Origin: Candidatus Eiseniibacteriota bacterium
Lineage (GTDB): Bacteria; Orphanbacterota; Orphanbacteria; Orphanbacterales; Orphanbacteraceae
Length of the DNA stretch: 53,389 bases
Assembly (NCBI GenBank): GCA_043809585.1
Contig: JBDROZ010000050.1
Coordinates: 1 to 53,389 of the forward strand
Direction of reading: 5' to 3'
Shown: positions 53,210-53,389 of the stretch, piece by piece
How the letters are laid out: each line of letters starts with the position of its first letter
Numbering within the stretch: position 1 is the first letter of the stretch
The notes under the pieces: model-generated
The model's database searches: none
Told to the model about the DNA's origin: nothing
The model's input: the letters and a program-made list of their open reading frames with translations, nothing else
Program-made: the position numbers and the translations under genes

Positions 53210-53389
53210 CTAGCCTTGATCCGGCAAAGAATCGCGAGTGAAAACGCGCGAGAGTGCGTCAGATGCTGCAGCGCGGAGCATTCACCAAGCGGAGCATATC
53301 CAACGATATGTGAGCATTGGTGAATGCGAGCACTGCGGCAGATGGCGTGCTATCGCGCGAGCGTCAGCGATTTGCACCGGGATTTTTTG
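53210..53389 (+). mobile_element. MITE-like long hairpin element related to family A, truncated by the window edge
   Basis: Begins CTAGCCTTGATC; nested stems catatc/gatatg, gcattcaccaa/ttggtgaatgc, cgcgcga/tcgcgcg; caaagaatc pairs with the terminal gattttttg; lower GC than the flanks. Confidence 0.65.

Overview
GC-rich (~68% by eye) bacterial window, probably a whole contig because both ends stop inside a structured repeat. The gene content (several secreted proteins with FlgD-Ig/T9SS-like C-terminal domains, a PorV-family gene, a TonB-dependent receptor, 'SWGGVK' tails) suggests an FCB-group candidate phylum such as Eisenbacteria, Latescibacterota or Krumholzibacteriota; this is inference. 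Left part: pbpC, a methyltransferase, a fused LeuC-LeuD-type dehydratase, a secreted beta-helix protein with an in-frame TGA in a UxxC motif followed by a SECIS-like hairpin (candidate selenoprotein), RNase R, a secreted Cys-rich protein, a POT-like MFS transporter, an ECF sigma / zinc anti-sigma / TPR-CHAT protease cassette, and FG-GAP and beta-propeller proteins. Centre-right: a ~25 kb predicted beta-1,2-glucan utilisation locus (two GH144, a sugar ABC transporter whose binding protein is frameshifted in a G9 run, a discoidin-domain hydrolase, GH1, GH94, LacI with a perfect operator, and a TonB receptor / large secreted protein / PorV triad). Right end: GT-C glycosyltransferase, methylmalonyl-CoA epimerase, and a non-canonical sulfatase-fold lipoprotein. 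Two families of long, covarying intergenic hairpin repeats are present. No rRNA, tRNA, CRISPR array or transposase was seen. All product calls come from motif recognition, not database searches.
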